Of a stretch of 64,000 bases of DNA, positions 36,769 to 49,212 are shown one piece after another; positions within the stretch are counted from its first letter, which is position 1, and every line of letters starts with the position of its first letter. The notes under the pieces were generated by a model, which was given only the letters and a program-made list of their open reading frames with translations, was not told the DNA's origin and made no database searches. This stretch comes from Octopus sinensis (taxonomy: Eukaryota), in the NCBI RefSeq assembly GCF_006345805.1, contig NC_043002.1, positions 78,554,001 through 78,618,000 of the forward strand, given 5' to 3'. A program made the position numbers and the translations under genes.

Positions 36769-38227
36769 TATGCATACATGCATATGTATATTCTTGGATC
36801 TATTTTGCAAATTTCTCACCAATGGAGATAAATCTTGTTTCTAGGCTAGAAACGAAAAGCTTTGTCATTGGAATTTAGGTAACATGAAACTAGTTTTGTA
36901 TGCTTATGTTTCGTTAGGATTTATTTAAGCTTTAAAAAAAAAATTCCTTTCCTAAATTCAAATCAGTTAATTACCAAAGGGGTAAGGCTTATTTGTTTAA
37001 GACAAGACAGCTGTTGTGGTCTGTGGTTATCTGAACTTGTTAATGTATGCTTATGTATGTGAGAGTGTTGTGCATATAAATATGTGTTTGTGGATAGATT
37101 TGTGCTCATATAATAGGATAAATTATTGTCATAAGTATACAATACATTTTAATGATAGTATGAGATTTGAGGGAGATTTGGTTATTTCTACCAAACTGAG
37201 TAATATCAAGGTATTCCTCATTGATTTGTAGATGGATTTATTTCAGATACGGTCTAGTGTACAGTAGGGAACTTGTAGCCTTAAGGACTTCCATGTGGCC
37301 TTCTGAAGAGCTAAGTAGAACCTTTTAAAAGAAATACAATGTTTGAGGTAAATCCTTATACTAGATTATATATCTTTTAAGCTTCTCTTTTTTAAAACCT
37401 ATTTTACTAGTGCTTTTTATGTAGGAGCAGCATCAGTGCTTTTTATGAGAAGTAATTAAATATTGTGAGGCCAAATATTTCTAGCAATTAGGAATGTCAA
37501 AATCAGTACCTAAGAATATATAAATCTGTCCCTCTAGGCTCTGTTCTGTTGTATTGAGGTTTGATTGCTGTGTGTAGCATCATGGGTAAGAGTTTTCTGT
37601 CATAGCATTGAGTTCACCTCAGACTTGTAAGTGAAATTTTGTTAGACTGAAGTTGTAGAAACCTGTTTGAGGGCCTGTTCCACTTCTTGAATAATGGACT
37701 TAATCAATCATCCAGTTTAATGCTGCCACCAGCCCTTAGCTGCTTTCTGTGGAATTCACCCTGTTGTAAGCATTCAAGCCAAATCTCCAGTTTGACTCTT
37801 TAACATTAAGATTACCCTGTCAAATGTAATGATAACTTACATTATTTTGAATTAATCATGCATTGTCTTGTAGCTTTGAGATTTTGATGATGTGGTTGTT
37901 TATTTTTTGAATAACATTGTTGGGTAGGTGTGAGATGCTGGATCTGGTAGATTTTTAACATAAGACCGCTAGACATTTGGGTCAGACATATCTGGTTTTA
38001 CTGCTAAACAGTTAGTGATAATGTCCTTCTTCTCTCTCCTTCCCCCAGTCTTGGAGGGTCTGTAAAGGTAATGGACATTACCCTTTCTTTCATTGACAGA
38101 ATCATTAAAACAAAATGATATTCATGTCATGGTACTTGAGTGTATGAAGTACATAAGACAATACCAGTGTGGTTTTGAACATAGTACAGAAGGGACATAA
38201 CTTAATATTTAGTTTGAATGTTAAGGT

Positions 38228-38298
38228 TTCTTCTTCTTCTTCTTCTTCTTCTTCTTCTTCTTCTCTTCTTCTTCTTCTCCTCCTCCTCCCCTCTGATA

Positions 38299-38335
<37 letters not shown>
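38228..38335. repeat. (TTC)n(CTC)n plus (CA)n microsatellite
   Basis: Direct reading. Confidence 0.95.
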
Positions 38336-38337
<2 letters not shown>

Positions 38338-39123
38338 ATACATATATACAACAGGCTTCTTTCAGTTTCCGTCAACCAAATCCACTCACAAGGCTTTGGT
38401 CGGTCCGAGGCTATAGTAGAAGACACTTGCCCAAGGTGCCATGCAGTGGGACTGAACCCAGAACCATGTGGTTCGTAAGCAAGCTACTTACCACACAGCC
38501 ACTCCTACGCCTATAGAGTACATTATATAATATGTCCTTCCTTATGATTGAATAGATTAAGTGAGAAAAGGTGTTTCAAACTTGTCTATCCCATATTTTT
38601 TAAAGCATAGTGCATCTAAGACTACCATTATCACATAGAAAAGTGCAACTGACTGTATTCATGGTATTTGAACCAGACATCTACACCTTGAAGTGCAACT
38701 ACAGTAACCGATTAAATGACTTTTGTCATTTTGTCTTCTTAAATTAGATACATAAATTTTTAATTGATAGATCAAATGATGGTTTTAATTATAGTAAAAA
38801 AAAATATTGTGCAGAACATGATAAATAGGTGATTGTACAAGACAAACAAGCCAAATATTAATTAATATGGAATTCAATTGAAAGTTATGTTAACATACAA
38901 AATTACTTTTGTATATTATTTATGTAAAACAATTTTCTATATCTATATATGTAAATGGGTTGAAGGCCATATGAACATATTTTTGGGGTTCATTTGTATG
39001 TGTGTTAGAGTAAAATGTGTTTTTTGTTTAGATAACTATAATACACGCAAGTATGTTTGTGTATTTATATAAGTGCTCATGTATATGTATCTGTTTATAC
39101 ATAATGTGTGTGTACGTGTATAT

Positions 39124-39156
<33 letters not shown>

Positions 39157-39180
39157 TACTTACACACACACACACATACA

Positions 39181-39216
<36 letters not shown>

Positions 39217-39709
39217 TACTTACACACACACACATATATGTATGTGTAAATAGAGATGTGGTTATAAAACTTGCTTCCAATCACAAAATTATGGGTTTGA
39301 TTCTACTGCATGGCATCTTGGGACAGTGCATTGATCCAAGCCTTGTGTGTGAAATTGGGTCAATGGAAACTGTGTGGAAGTTCATCAGATGAACTGTACA
39401 TGTAATTCAAAAGTCCAGATTTGTCCACACTGTTTCATGCTGACTCTGTCTTAGGATTATGCTAAGTGTATGCATGCTTTGTGGTATACTTAGCCACTTA
39501 CATGTTAATTCAGTGAACAGTTGATTGAACAAGTGAAAACTCTCAGTTAGAAATTCTAACTGAAATAGTTTTCCAACCACATGGTTCAGGGTCAGTCCCA
39601 CAGTGTGGAACCTTGGGCAAGTGTCTTCTACTAATGCCTCAGGCTGACCAAAGCCTTGTGAGTGGATTTGGTAGACAGAAACTGAAAGAAGCCCATCATA
39701 TACATATAT

Positions 39710-39751
<42 letters not shown>

Positions 39752-39758
<7 letters not shown>

Positions 39759-40300
39759 AGACAAAAATGGAACAAGAACGTAACAGGTGGCAACAAAACA
39801 TTTGGACAGTTAGACAATACAAAAAAAAAGACAGGTAAAAACAATCTTTAGTTGTGTACCAGATCGTCTTTGTAGTTTCGGCCATTTACTCTCAAGACTG
39901 TTCTAATCTGGCTAACGCCAGGAAAATCTAATCTAAGAGCACTAGATTCTTTGAAAGAAAGCAAGCAAACATATATGAAAACAAGGATGGAAAAAAACGG
40001 AGAAATGGTTCTCATCACTTACCCTCCTCCTTTACCTCACTCTGTCCCTTTCCTTTTTTTTCTCTTTCTCGTCCCTCACTAATTCTTCAACCCCTCTACC
40101 CCCTACCTCTCTCCTCTCCTTCCACATGACCAGTGTTTGGCCAAGACTGACCTTTCTTTCTTTGTTTGACTACCATTCGTGTAGCATCTCTTATATTCCT
40201 TCCTATGACTTTCATCTTCTATGTTCCTACCGTAAGGCTTCACTTCCACATATGCCAGCTTAATTTAATTCATCCTTAGTTGAAAGATACCTGTTGTTGC
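39752..40300. mobile_element. Fragments of a second inverted-end repeat family (Penelope-like, tentative)
   Basis: 39870-40010 matches the reverse complement of 44690-44832; 40232-40300 matches 44575-44645. Confidence 0.5.
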
Positions 40301-40334
40301 TTTTTTATATATACATATAGCAGAGTATGTACAC

Positions 40335-40676
40335 TTTTGGCCTCCTGGCACTTGTGCCGATGGCACATGAAAAAACATTTGAGCGAGGTCGTTGCCAGTG
40401 CTGCTGGACTGGGTCCTGTGCAGGTGGCATGTAAAAAACACCATTTGAGCATGGCTGTTGCCAGTACCACCTGACTGGCTCTCGTGCCGGTGGTACGTAA
40501 GAGCACTCACTATACTCTTGGAGTGGTTGGTGTTAGGAAGGGCATCCAGCTGTAGAAACTCTGCCAGATCAGATTGGAGCCTGGTATAGCCATCTGGTTT
40601 GCCAGTCCTCAGTCAAATCGTCCAACCCATGCTAGTATGGAAAGCGGATGTTAAACAATGATGATGGTAATGATGA
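40335..40676 (+). mobile_element. Family A RTE-3'UTR repeat
   Basis: Three modules, terminal block, (gat)n tail. Confidence 0.85.
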
Positions 40677-40684
40677 TATACATA

Positions 40685-41570
40685 CAGGGTGTGGTGATTG
40701 AATTGTTGTCTAAATTACCCAAAAATGAAAATAACATTGACATCTCATTTTCACAAATATATTTACCAAAATTACATTAAAATATTTTGAAATACTAAAG
40801 AGTAAAGTTATTCAATAAAATCACCATTGGTTTCAACCACAGCCTCCAGACGACTTTGGAATCCCTTACAACTCTTCTGGACAGTCTCCTGGTTTAAGTT
40901 GGTGAAATCTGCCATAATCCTTACCTTCAGTTCATCTTTGGTGTTACAAGGAGTTTTGTTGGTCTTTTCCTCAACTACACCCCACACATAATAATCAAGG
41001 TGGCTGCTGTCTGGGGAGTTAGGTGGACAGATGTTAGGGGTAATGTGGTTGCAGAAATTGTCTGACAGCCATGACTGGGTTCTCCTGCTTGTGTGGCATG
41101 GTGCAGAATCCTGTTGCCAGACACCCTCTTAACCCAGGGCAGCACTACTTAACCCAGGGGTCCTCCAGCAGCCACCCTCTTAACCCAGGGCAGCACTATC
41201 TCATCCAGACACTTAATGTAGGCCTCCGTGTTGAGTCTGAGGCCATTTGGGAAGATGAATGGAGGCATAATGTTTCCATCACTAGTGATCACTCCAAACA
41301 CCATGATGTTGATTGGATATTTGATTTTTATCACTCGCAGTACATGTCCTCAGATTGACACCCAAATACTCTGAAATGTTTGTATTGGAGCTTCCGGCAT
41401 GAATGCCAAGCAGTACAGCATGTTATTTCCAAATTTCTGGCAGAGTGAATTGTGTCATTGTGCCCAACTGACCCTACTATACCGTGTAGTCAACAGAATC
41501 AAAAAGAAACAATTCACATGCACGAAATTGAAAATATAAAATGGTGGCAATTTACCCCCATCAAACCATG
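40685..41570 (-). mobile_element. maT (DD37D) transposon, internally deleted
   Basis: Minus strand: NIMVFGVITSDG...WQQDSAPCHTSRRTQSWLSDNFCNHITPNICPPNSPDSSHLDYYVWG...SRLEAVVETNGDFIE* (stop 40808). 37 residues between the last two catalytic Asp. Degenerate TIRs with TA flanks. Confidence 0.88.
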
Positions 41571-41789
41571 TATATGTGGTGTGTGTGTGTGTGCATGTGT
41601 GTGTGCGTGTGTGTGTGTGTGTGTCAATGTCCCTCCATCACTGCTTGACAACTGGTGTTGATGTGTTTATATCCTGTAACTTAATGGTTAGGCAAAAGTC
41701 CTGGGGTCAATATGTCCAACTAAAATACTTCAAAGCAGTGTTCCAGCATGGCTGCAGTCAAGTAAAAGAGTGAAAAGTGTATATACTCT

Positions 41790-42007
41790 TTTACTCTTTT
41801 ACTTGTTTCAGTCATTTGACTGTGGCCATGCTGGAGCACCGCCTTTAATCGAGCAACTCGACCCCGGGAATTATTCTTTTGTAAGCCCAGTACTTATTCT
41901 ATCGGTCTCTTTTGCTGAACTGCTAAGTAACGGGGACATAAACACACCAGCATTGGTTGTCAAGCAATGCTAGAGGGACAAACACAGACACAGAAACACA
42001 CACACGC

Positions 42008-42040
<33 letters not shown>

Positions 42041-42195
42041 ATTATATATATATATATACACACACATATATACGACGGGCTTTGGTTGGCCTGAGACTAT
42101 AGTAGAAGACACTTGCCCAATGTGCCACGTGGTGGGACTGAACCCGGAACCATGTGGTTGGTAAACAAGCTACTTACCACACAGCCACTCCTGCA

Positions 42196-42198
<3 letters not shown>
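41790..42198 (-). mobile_element. Family B SINE
   Basis: Tail, internal TA array and head on the minus strand; part of the CORE block is deleted. Confidence 0.82.
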
Positions 42199-42238
<40 letters not shown>

Positions 42239-42397
42239 TTATACACATACAAACATATAAATTTATATGTTGAAGTGAATCTAACGGTTTTTGTGAGTTT
42301 ATTAAATGGCTTATAAACACCTTCCACGCTGCAATTGTTTTCATTCCTGCACACGATCTCAGATCAGGTCACTTGCTATGCAAGTACATCTCTGTAA

Positions 42398-42439
<42 letters not shown>

Positions 42440-42612
42440 TTGTCATCATCATCATCTTCATCACCATTTAACATCTGTTTTCCATGCTAGCATGGGTTAG
42501 ATGGTTAGACTGGAGCTGGTAAGCCAGAGAGCTGTATCAGGCTCCAGTCATCTGTTTTGGCTTAGTTTCTAGAGCTGGATACCCTTCCTAATGCCTATAT
42601 ATGTATAAAAAA

Positions 42613-43010
42613 AAAAGCACCCATGCTGGTGCAATGTAATAAAAGCACCTGTGCTAGTAACATGTAAGAAACACCTATTCTGGTGCCACATGATAAAGGC
42701 CTGTGCTGGCACCACATAAAAAACGCCTGTGCTAGTGTTATGTAAAGGAGCACCTGTGATAGAACCATATAAAAGAGCACCCATGCTGGCATCACGTAAA
42801 AAGTTCTTGTGCTGGTGCCATGTATAAGGCACCCAGTATATTCTACAAAGTTGCTAGTGTCAGGAAGGGCATCCAGCCATAGAAACCATGCCCAAAACTG
42901 ATGGCTAGAGCTAGTACAGTTCACCCGTTTGCCAGCTCTTGTCAAAGCATGCAACCCATGCCTACATAGAAAATGAATGTAAAATGAAGGTGCTGATGAT
43001 GATGATGTGT
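42613..43010 (+). mobile_element. Family A variant with a ~26-bp module array
   Basis: About 8 diverged units of aaagcacctgtgctggtgccacatgta, then ggaagggcatccagcc...(gat)n. Confidence 0.75.
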
Positions 43011-43196
43011 GTAGGATGTGATATGTGCAGGAGTGGCTGTGTGGTAAGTAGTTTGCTTACCAACCACATGGTTCCGGGTTCAGTCCCACTGCATGGCACC
43101 TTGGGCAAGTGTCTTCTACTATAGCCTTGGGCCGACCAAAGCCTTGTGAGTGGATTTGGTAGACGGAAACTGAAAGAAGCCTGTTGTATATATGTA

Positions 43197-43235
<39 letters not shown>

Positions 43236-43267
43236 TATATATATTATATATATATATAATATATATA

Positions 43268-43690
43268 TATATGTGTGTGTGTGTGTGTTTGTGTGTCTGT
43301 GTTTGTCCCCTGAATATCACTTGACAACTGATGCTGGTGTGAATAAGTCCTGAGGTCGATTTGCTCGACTAAAGGCAGTGCTCCAGCATGGCTGTAGTCA
43401 AATGACTGAAACAAATAAAGAGAATATGAGTGATAAAAAGCCAAGTCAATCACTGCAGGACTTGAAATGAAAACATGGAAGTGTGGAACTAAATATTAAA
43501 GAGAATTTACACCAGAGCCTTTCTTCTGTCTCTCTACTGTTTGGTGGTAGATGGGAGATGTTGACAGTTAGCATTACAAACAACTGACATCTTAGTTGAT
43601 AGCATTTACATGAAACATGTTTAAATGGGACATACATTAATGTGAAACATACATTAATGTGAAGTGTACATTATCTTTGTTTATCAGCCG
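43268..43690 (+). repeat. Segment A of a local complex duplication
   Basis: Repeated at 45201-45621 with 6 substitutions outside the microsatellite and the same SINE-internal deletion. Confidence 0.95.
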
Positions 43691-44463
43691 TATGGTTTTG
43701 GTTTCAGTCACCCTGTGTGAAACCTTGCACAAGTGTCTTTTATTATAGCCCTGAGCCAGCAAAAACCTTTGAGTGGATATAGTAGATGGAAACTGAAAGA
43801 AACACATCATATATGTGTGTATGTGTTTGTGTGTGCATGCTTTTTTTTTTGTGTGTGTCCTTGTCTTGACATCATGTAATAGTTGTAAACATGTCTGGCC
43901 ATAGGGAATTCTTACCTTGCTTGGAAACAAGTGAGGGGCTGGTGACAGGAAGAGTTTTCATGCTGAATCTGAATCTGCATGGATTTAAAAGATTGTTTAT
44001 ATTAATACAGACTTGTAAGTAAAATATAATAAAATAAAATATCTTTGCATGCTTTAAGTTATGAAACACTTGTTGTGATATAAGAATTTGCTGATGGTTA
44101 AATAAATTTTATCATACTATTTCTCTCATCATTTATAACTTTATATATATATATACAAGAATGGAGATGATGATGATAAACACATACACACATGCATATA
44201 TATACACTCTGTTGTCTGGCATTTGCAGGAATACCAACTAAGGAAACTGCTCGGATTTCTAAACCCTCTTTAATCTGATATATGTGGTGTGTGTGTGCGC
44301 GCGCACGTGTGTGTGTGTGTATGTGTGTGTCTATATGTATATATATATATGTATACATATGTGTATGTATACATATATATGTATATATATATATATAGAT
44401 ATATATAGATATACATACATACATATATATAGATATATATAGATATACATATATATATATATA

Positions 44464-44976
44464 TAAAATACAAAATGGGACAAGAAAGCAAAACATCCGG
44501 ACAACTACAAAAAAACAAGGTCATTTGAAGCTTTCTATCCTCAGTCAAGAACTGGATCATCCTTTTTGTATCTCTGCATAAGGCTTCATTTCCATACACG
44601 CCAGCTGAATTCAATTTATCCCCAGTCGAAAGACACCTGTTGTTATGTCCTATTATTATTATTATTTTTATTGTATTTTATATTTATATTTGTGTAATAT
44701 CGTCTGTTTTTCCGTCCTTGTTTTCATATACACTTGATGCTTTCTTCCAAGGAATCTAATGCTCTTAGCTTAGTTTTTCCTTGGGGCTGGCTAGATTGGA
44801 GCAATCTCAAGATTAATCAGCTGAAATTGTGAGGATGATCCGGTTCTTGACTGAGGATAGAAAACTTTGAATGACCCGTCCTTGTTTTTTTGTATCGTCT
44901 ATCTGGATGTTTTGTTGTCCCTTTTTGTATCACCTAGTTGTCCGGATGTTTTGCTTTCTTGTCCCATTTTGTATTT

Positions 44977-44978
<2 letters not shown>
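44464..44978. mobile_element. Inverted pair of repeat ends (Penelope-like, tentative)
   Basis: 44464-44507 is the perfect reverse complement of 44935-44978 (44/44). 44519-44562 is the near-perfect reverse complement of 44833-44876. Confidence 0.6.
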
Positions 44979-45010
<32 letters not shown>

Positions 45011-45062
45011 TATATTATAATATATATATATATATATATATAGCGGCATACGTACACTTTGT

Positions 45063-45095
<33 letters not shown>

Positions 45096-45653
45096 GTATG
45101 TATGAGAAATAATAACAGAAATTAATTTGATGCAAAGCCCAAGTAATGTAACAAGCTTCAGTTAAATGTTTTAATTTTGCTAACTGTAATGTTTCATACT
45201 TATATGTGTGTGTGTGTGTTTGTGTGTCTGTGTTTGTCCCTTGAATATCACTTGACAACTGATGCTGGTGTGAATAAGTCCTGAGGTCGATTTGCTCGAC
45301 TAAAGGCAGTGCTCCAGCATGGCTGCAGTCAAATGACTGAAACAAATAAAGAGAATATGAGTGATAAAAAGCCAAGTCAATCACTGCAGGACTTGAAATG
45401 AAAACATGGAAGTGTGGAACTAAATATTAAAGAGAATTTACACCAGAACCTTTCTTCTGTCTCTCTACTGTTGGGTGGTAGATGGGAGATGTTGACAGTT
45501 AGCATTACAAACAACTGACATCTTAGTTGATAGCATTTACGTGAAACATGTTTAAATGGGACATACATTAATGCGAAACATACATTAATGTGAAGTGTAC
45601 ATTATCTTTGTTTATCAGCCGGATGTTTTGCTTTCTTGTCCCATTTTGTATTT

Positions 45654-45733
<80 letters not shown>

Positions 45734-45908
45734 TATATATATATAGCGGCATACGTACACTTTGTTCTCTCTCTCTCTCTATATTTATATATATGTATGT
45801 ATGTATGAGAAATAATAACAGAAATTAATTTGATGCAAAGCCCAAGTAATGTAACAAGCTTCAGTTAAATGTTTTAATTTTGCTAACTGTAATGTTTCAT
45901 ACTTATAT
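44942..45908 (+). repeat. B-A'-B' part of the local complex duplication
   Basis: B 44942-45205, A' 45201-45621, B' 45619-45908. Junction overlaps tatat and ccg. Confidence 0.93.
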
Positions 45909-45913
45909 TTCAG

Positions 45914-46065
45914 TGGCTACTTTATGAGTTTTCCTTGGATTATGACAGCAAATGAAAGGAGCTGGGCATGTTTACATTTCCGGGATATGACATCAGCTAG
46001 TGTGGAAGTTAATCTGACAACTTCATCTATGACACTTTTCTCTACAAAAGAAGAGTACCCAAATG
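45914..46065 (+). CDS. A2M: A2M-like exon 2 (MG1)
   Basis: tttcAG/GTatgt, phase 2-1. GYFMSFPWIMTANERSWACLHFRDMTSASVEVNLTTSSMTLFSTKEEYPN aligns with A2M [22 protein letters not shown], including the first MG1 Cys. Confidence 0.85.
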
Positions 46066-46480
46066 GTATGTAATATATTGAGGTGAACTTGTTTCACCTC
46101 TTTTTCTATCCCAGCCTTATTCTGTGCTTGTGTGTTAGTATCTTTTGTCATTTATCATACACAGACCTTGATCATGTCAGAGCTGGGGCTAAACAACAAA
46201 GACAACAGCTTACAAGTCATTCAGAATAGAGTGTTTCACATTTTCAAAGGTGCACAACACTCATATATTCCCAGAACAACGTTTTCAGCTCACCTGCATA
46301 GGAGAGCAGAAAGACCGATAATGAGGAAGTTTTTGTGTTTGTTTGACTTGTTAGAAATAGAAGCCAAATCTTTCTGGGATCATACCCTACCGTCTTGAAT
46401 GAAGAAGAACACATTGAATGATGTACTCAATATACATTATGTATGAAAAAAACTGAGATGATCATGGCTGGGATACTTAA

Positions 46481-47327
46481 TCCCTTAACGGATCAATTAT
46501 TTTGACATGGCGTTTCATTTCAGAGCATATTTTTTTATTTCCTTTTTTAATTATATACACTGTGTTAATTACAAAAAAAAGTTTTTTTTATCTTGTTTCT
46601 TTTATTTTTTATTATAGAAATTAAAATGTACTTTTACTCATTTGGATTTAAACAAGTTAACTTGGACATTGAAAAAATACATATAACTTAACTATCTTCG
46701 ATTTTTTATAAGATGTATTGCTTTTAAATCAAAGGTAAATTTTTTAAAAATGAGATAGACAGTTTATTTAGAATAACTTTTAAAACAAGAAGTTACACAC
46801 AAAGTTATCTTACAGACATACATGTATCTTCTTTCTCTTTGAATCTTTTTTCCTTTAGCATCTATCTTCTCTGCGCATTTTGCACACTGTCTTGTAGGGT
46901 TCTTTTTCTTATCACTTGGTGGTATTTCCATGGGAAAGTGACCAGCTGGGGCAAATCTTCTTGGATGTGGGATCGATTATGGTCTTCCTGGTTTCGTGGG
47001 AGGCAATAAGGGCCTATATTTTTCAATAATCTTGGTGATTACTTGCATTCTAAATTTCAGCAGTTTCATAGCAGAAGCTGAAGATTCCAAAGATGCTTTA
47101 TACTAAACATAAGCATTCCAAATAGCCAAATCCATCAAATGAAAAAATACTTATTTTTTTAAAACTCTGCGAGTAAATTTGTGATTGCTCAAAAATGAAA
47201 CGACACAAAACAAATAAACTCGTTTGAGTGCTAAAATTAAAAGTTAATTTTGACCGAGTATACTCGTCTGGTTTTAGAAAGATACCTTTACGATGCATGA
47301 GTAAACTCGAGATAATCCATTAAGGGG
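46481..47327 (-). mobile_element. piggyBac transposon, internally deleted
   Basis: TTAA|tcccttaacggat and atccattaagggg|TTAA (11/13 TIR). Minus strand reads VFFHLMDLAIWNAYV*YK...GHFPMEIP..KKKNPTRQCAKC...RYMYVCKITLCVTSCFKSY, the piggyBac C-terminus and cysteine-rich domain, with stops. Confidence 0.9.
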
Positions 47328-47565
47328 TTAATCAGGGTTGACTTGGAGCCAAGCAATAACGAAAATGTTAATTTTTAAGATTTGTGTATTTTTATACACA
47401 ATGGTGAGAGTTTGAGATTTTAAGTCTGGAAGGAAATTCCAACAGGAGAGCCTCACCAGCTACAAATTGGAGAGTGGCACTAGTCATAGGAGGGTTCATG
47501 AAATTCATTGATTAAGTTCAGTGACTACATGGAGGGAGAATGTGAAGATTAAAGCTTTTGCTCTT

Positions 47566-47619
<54 letters not shown>

Positions 47620-47883
47620 GGAGAGAGAGAGAGAGAGAGAGAGAAAACGAGAGAGAGAGAAAGAGGAGAGAGAGAGAGAGAGTTATGTTGTTATTGCTAC
47701 AAGGTAGCATATAATTTCTAAGTTGGCTGAATAAGCCTTTTGTAATGAACCTGCCTGAATGTGTCCTTGGTTCTATGATACAAACTTCTTGTTTTGATCC
47801 TTTAGCATTTAAACCAGCCTTATCCAGCTCAAATATTCTACGTGTTTAATACAGACTGGCTATATTCAGCTACTCACACCTAA

Positions 47884-49212
47884 GCCCTGTATTGGGATGC
47901 TGTCAGTAAGGTGAGGGTTGGCAACAGGTATAGTGAAGAATCCCGATTAGAAGTAGGGGTTCACCAAGGATCAGTCCTCAGCTCCCTCTTATTCATTATA
48001 GTCCTCCAGGCAATAACATAGGAATTCAAGACAGGCTGTCCATGGAAGCTCCTCTATGCTGATGACATTGATCTAATAGTCGACTCACAGCCAGAACTAG
48101 AGACAAAGTTTAGGGTGTGGAATCAGAGACAAAGTTTAGGATGTCTGGAATCAAAGGGCCTTAGGGTTAATCTAGCAAAAACCAGTCTTAGTAAGTAGGA
48201 AGGTTGTCAAATCCCAAACCTCTTCAGGTAGATGGCCCTGATCAATCTGTAAAAAAGGTGTGGGTAGAAACTCCATATGATGCACCAGGTGTAAGCTATG
48301 GACACATAAAAGGTGCAGCAATATCAAAGGAAGGTTAACTGGGATGATAGCTTTTGTGTGTGGCAGATGCACAGGGGCAATAAACACTGAAGATGTACAG
48401 AAAACAGATTCCATCACATGTCAGGAGGAGAAACTAAAATTAGTTAATAGCCTCTGCTACCTAGGCGACCTAAGTAGGGGGTGGGAAAAATTCAGAGAGC
48501 TCCTATCTCTGCTGGCAACTAAGGGCCTGTCACTCAGGATGCAAGGTAGACTGTATGGTGCATGTGTGCAAACTGCTATGCTGCATGACAGTGAAACATG
48601 GGCCATGGCTGCTGAAGACATGCATAGGTTTTTAAAGAAATGAAGCTAGTATGATCTGCTGGATGTGTAATGTCAGTGTGCATACACGACAGAGTGTAAG
48701 TGCCCTGAGAGAAAAGTTGGGCATAAGAAGCATCAAATGTGGTGTGCAAGAGAGACAACTGCACTTGTATGGTCATGTGTTACGTATGGATGAGGATAGC
48801 TGTGTGAGGAAGTGCCACTCCCTAACTGTGGAAAGAACCTGTGGAAGAGGTAGACCCAGGAAGACATGGGATGAGGTGGTGAAGTATGACCTTCGAACAT
48901 TGGGCCTCACAGAGGCCAATGACAAGAGACCAAGACCTTTGGAGATATGCTGTGATTGCGAGGACCCGGCAACTAAAGTGAGATTGCAGTCATGCATGTC
49001 CATCCCAGTTAAGAGTACCCCTGATGTGTGGGGTGATATGATATGCTTCAGAAGACCTGTTGAGGGAAGTAAAACCAATATCATAGCTGTGGCCAGTGCC
49101 CCCTGACTGGCTCCCATGCCGGTGACACATAAAAAGCGCTATCTAAATGGGATTGATACCAGGCCCACCTGACTGGCTCCTGTGCCAGTGGCACATAAAA
49201 AGCACCCACTAC
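47884..49212 (+). mobile_element. RTE-clade LINE, 5'-truncated, decayed
   Basis: GVHQGSVLS.LLFIIV, LLYADD (48055-66), PHD-like Cys/His block, LYGACVQTAMLHDSETW, YGHVLRMDE, GRGRPRKTW, then a 3' UTR running into family A modules. Stops, frameshifts and an internal deletion. Confidence 0.93.

Noticed and set aside
44225-44280. Possible further hammerhead relic (aaga-ggg...tcc-gagc)
   Set aside because: Both core halves would need several substitutions; too degenerate to call.
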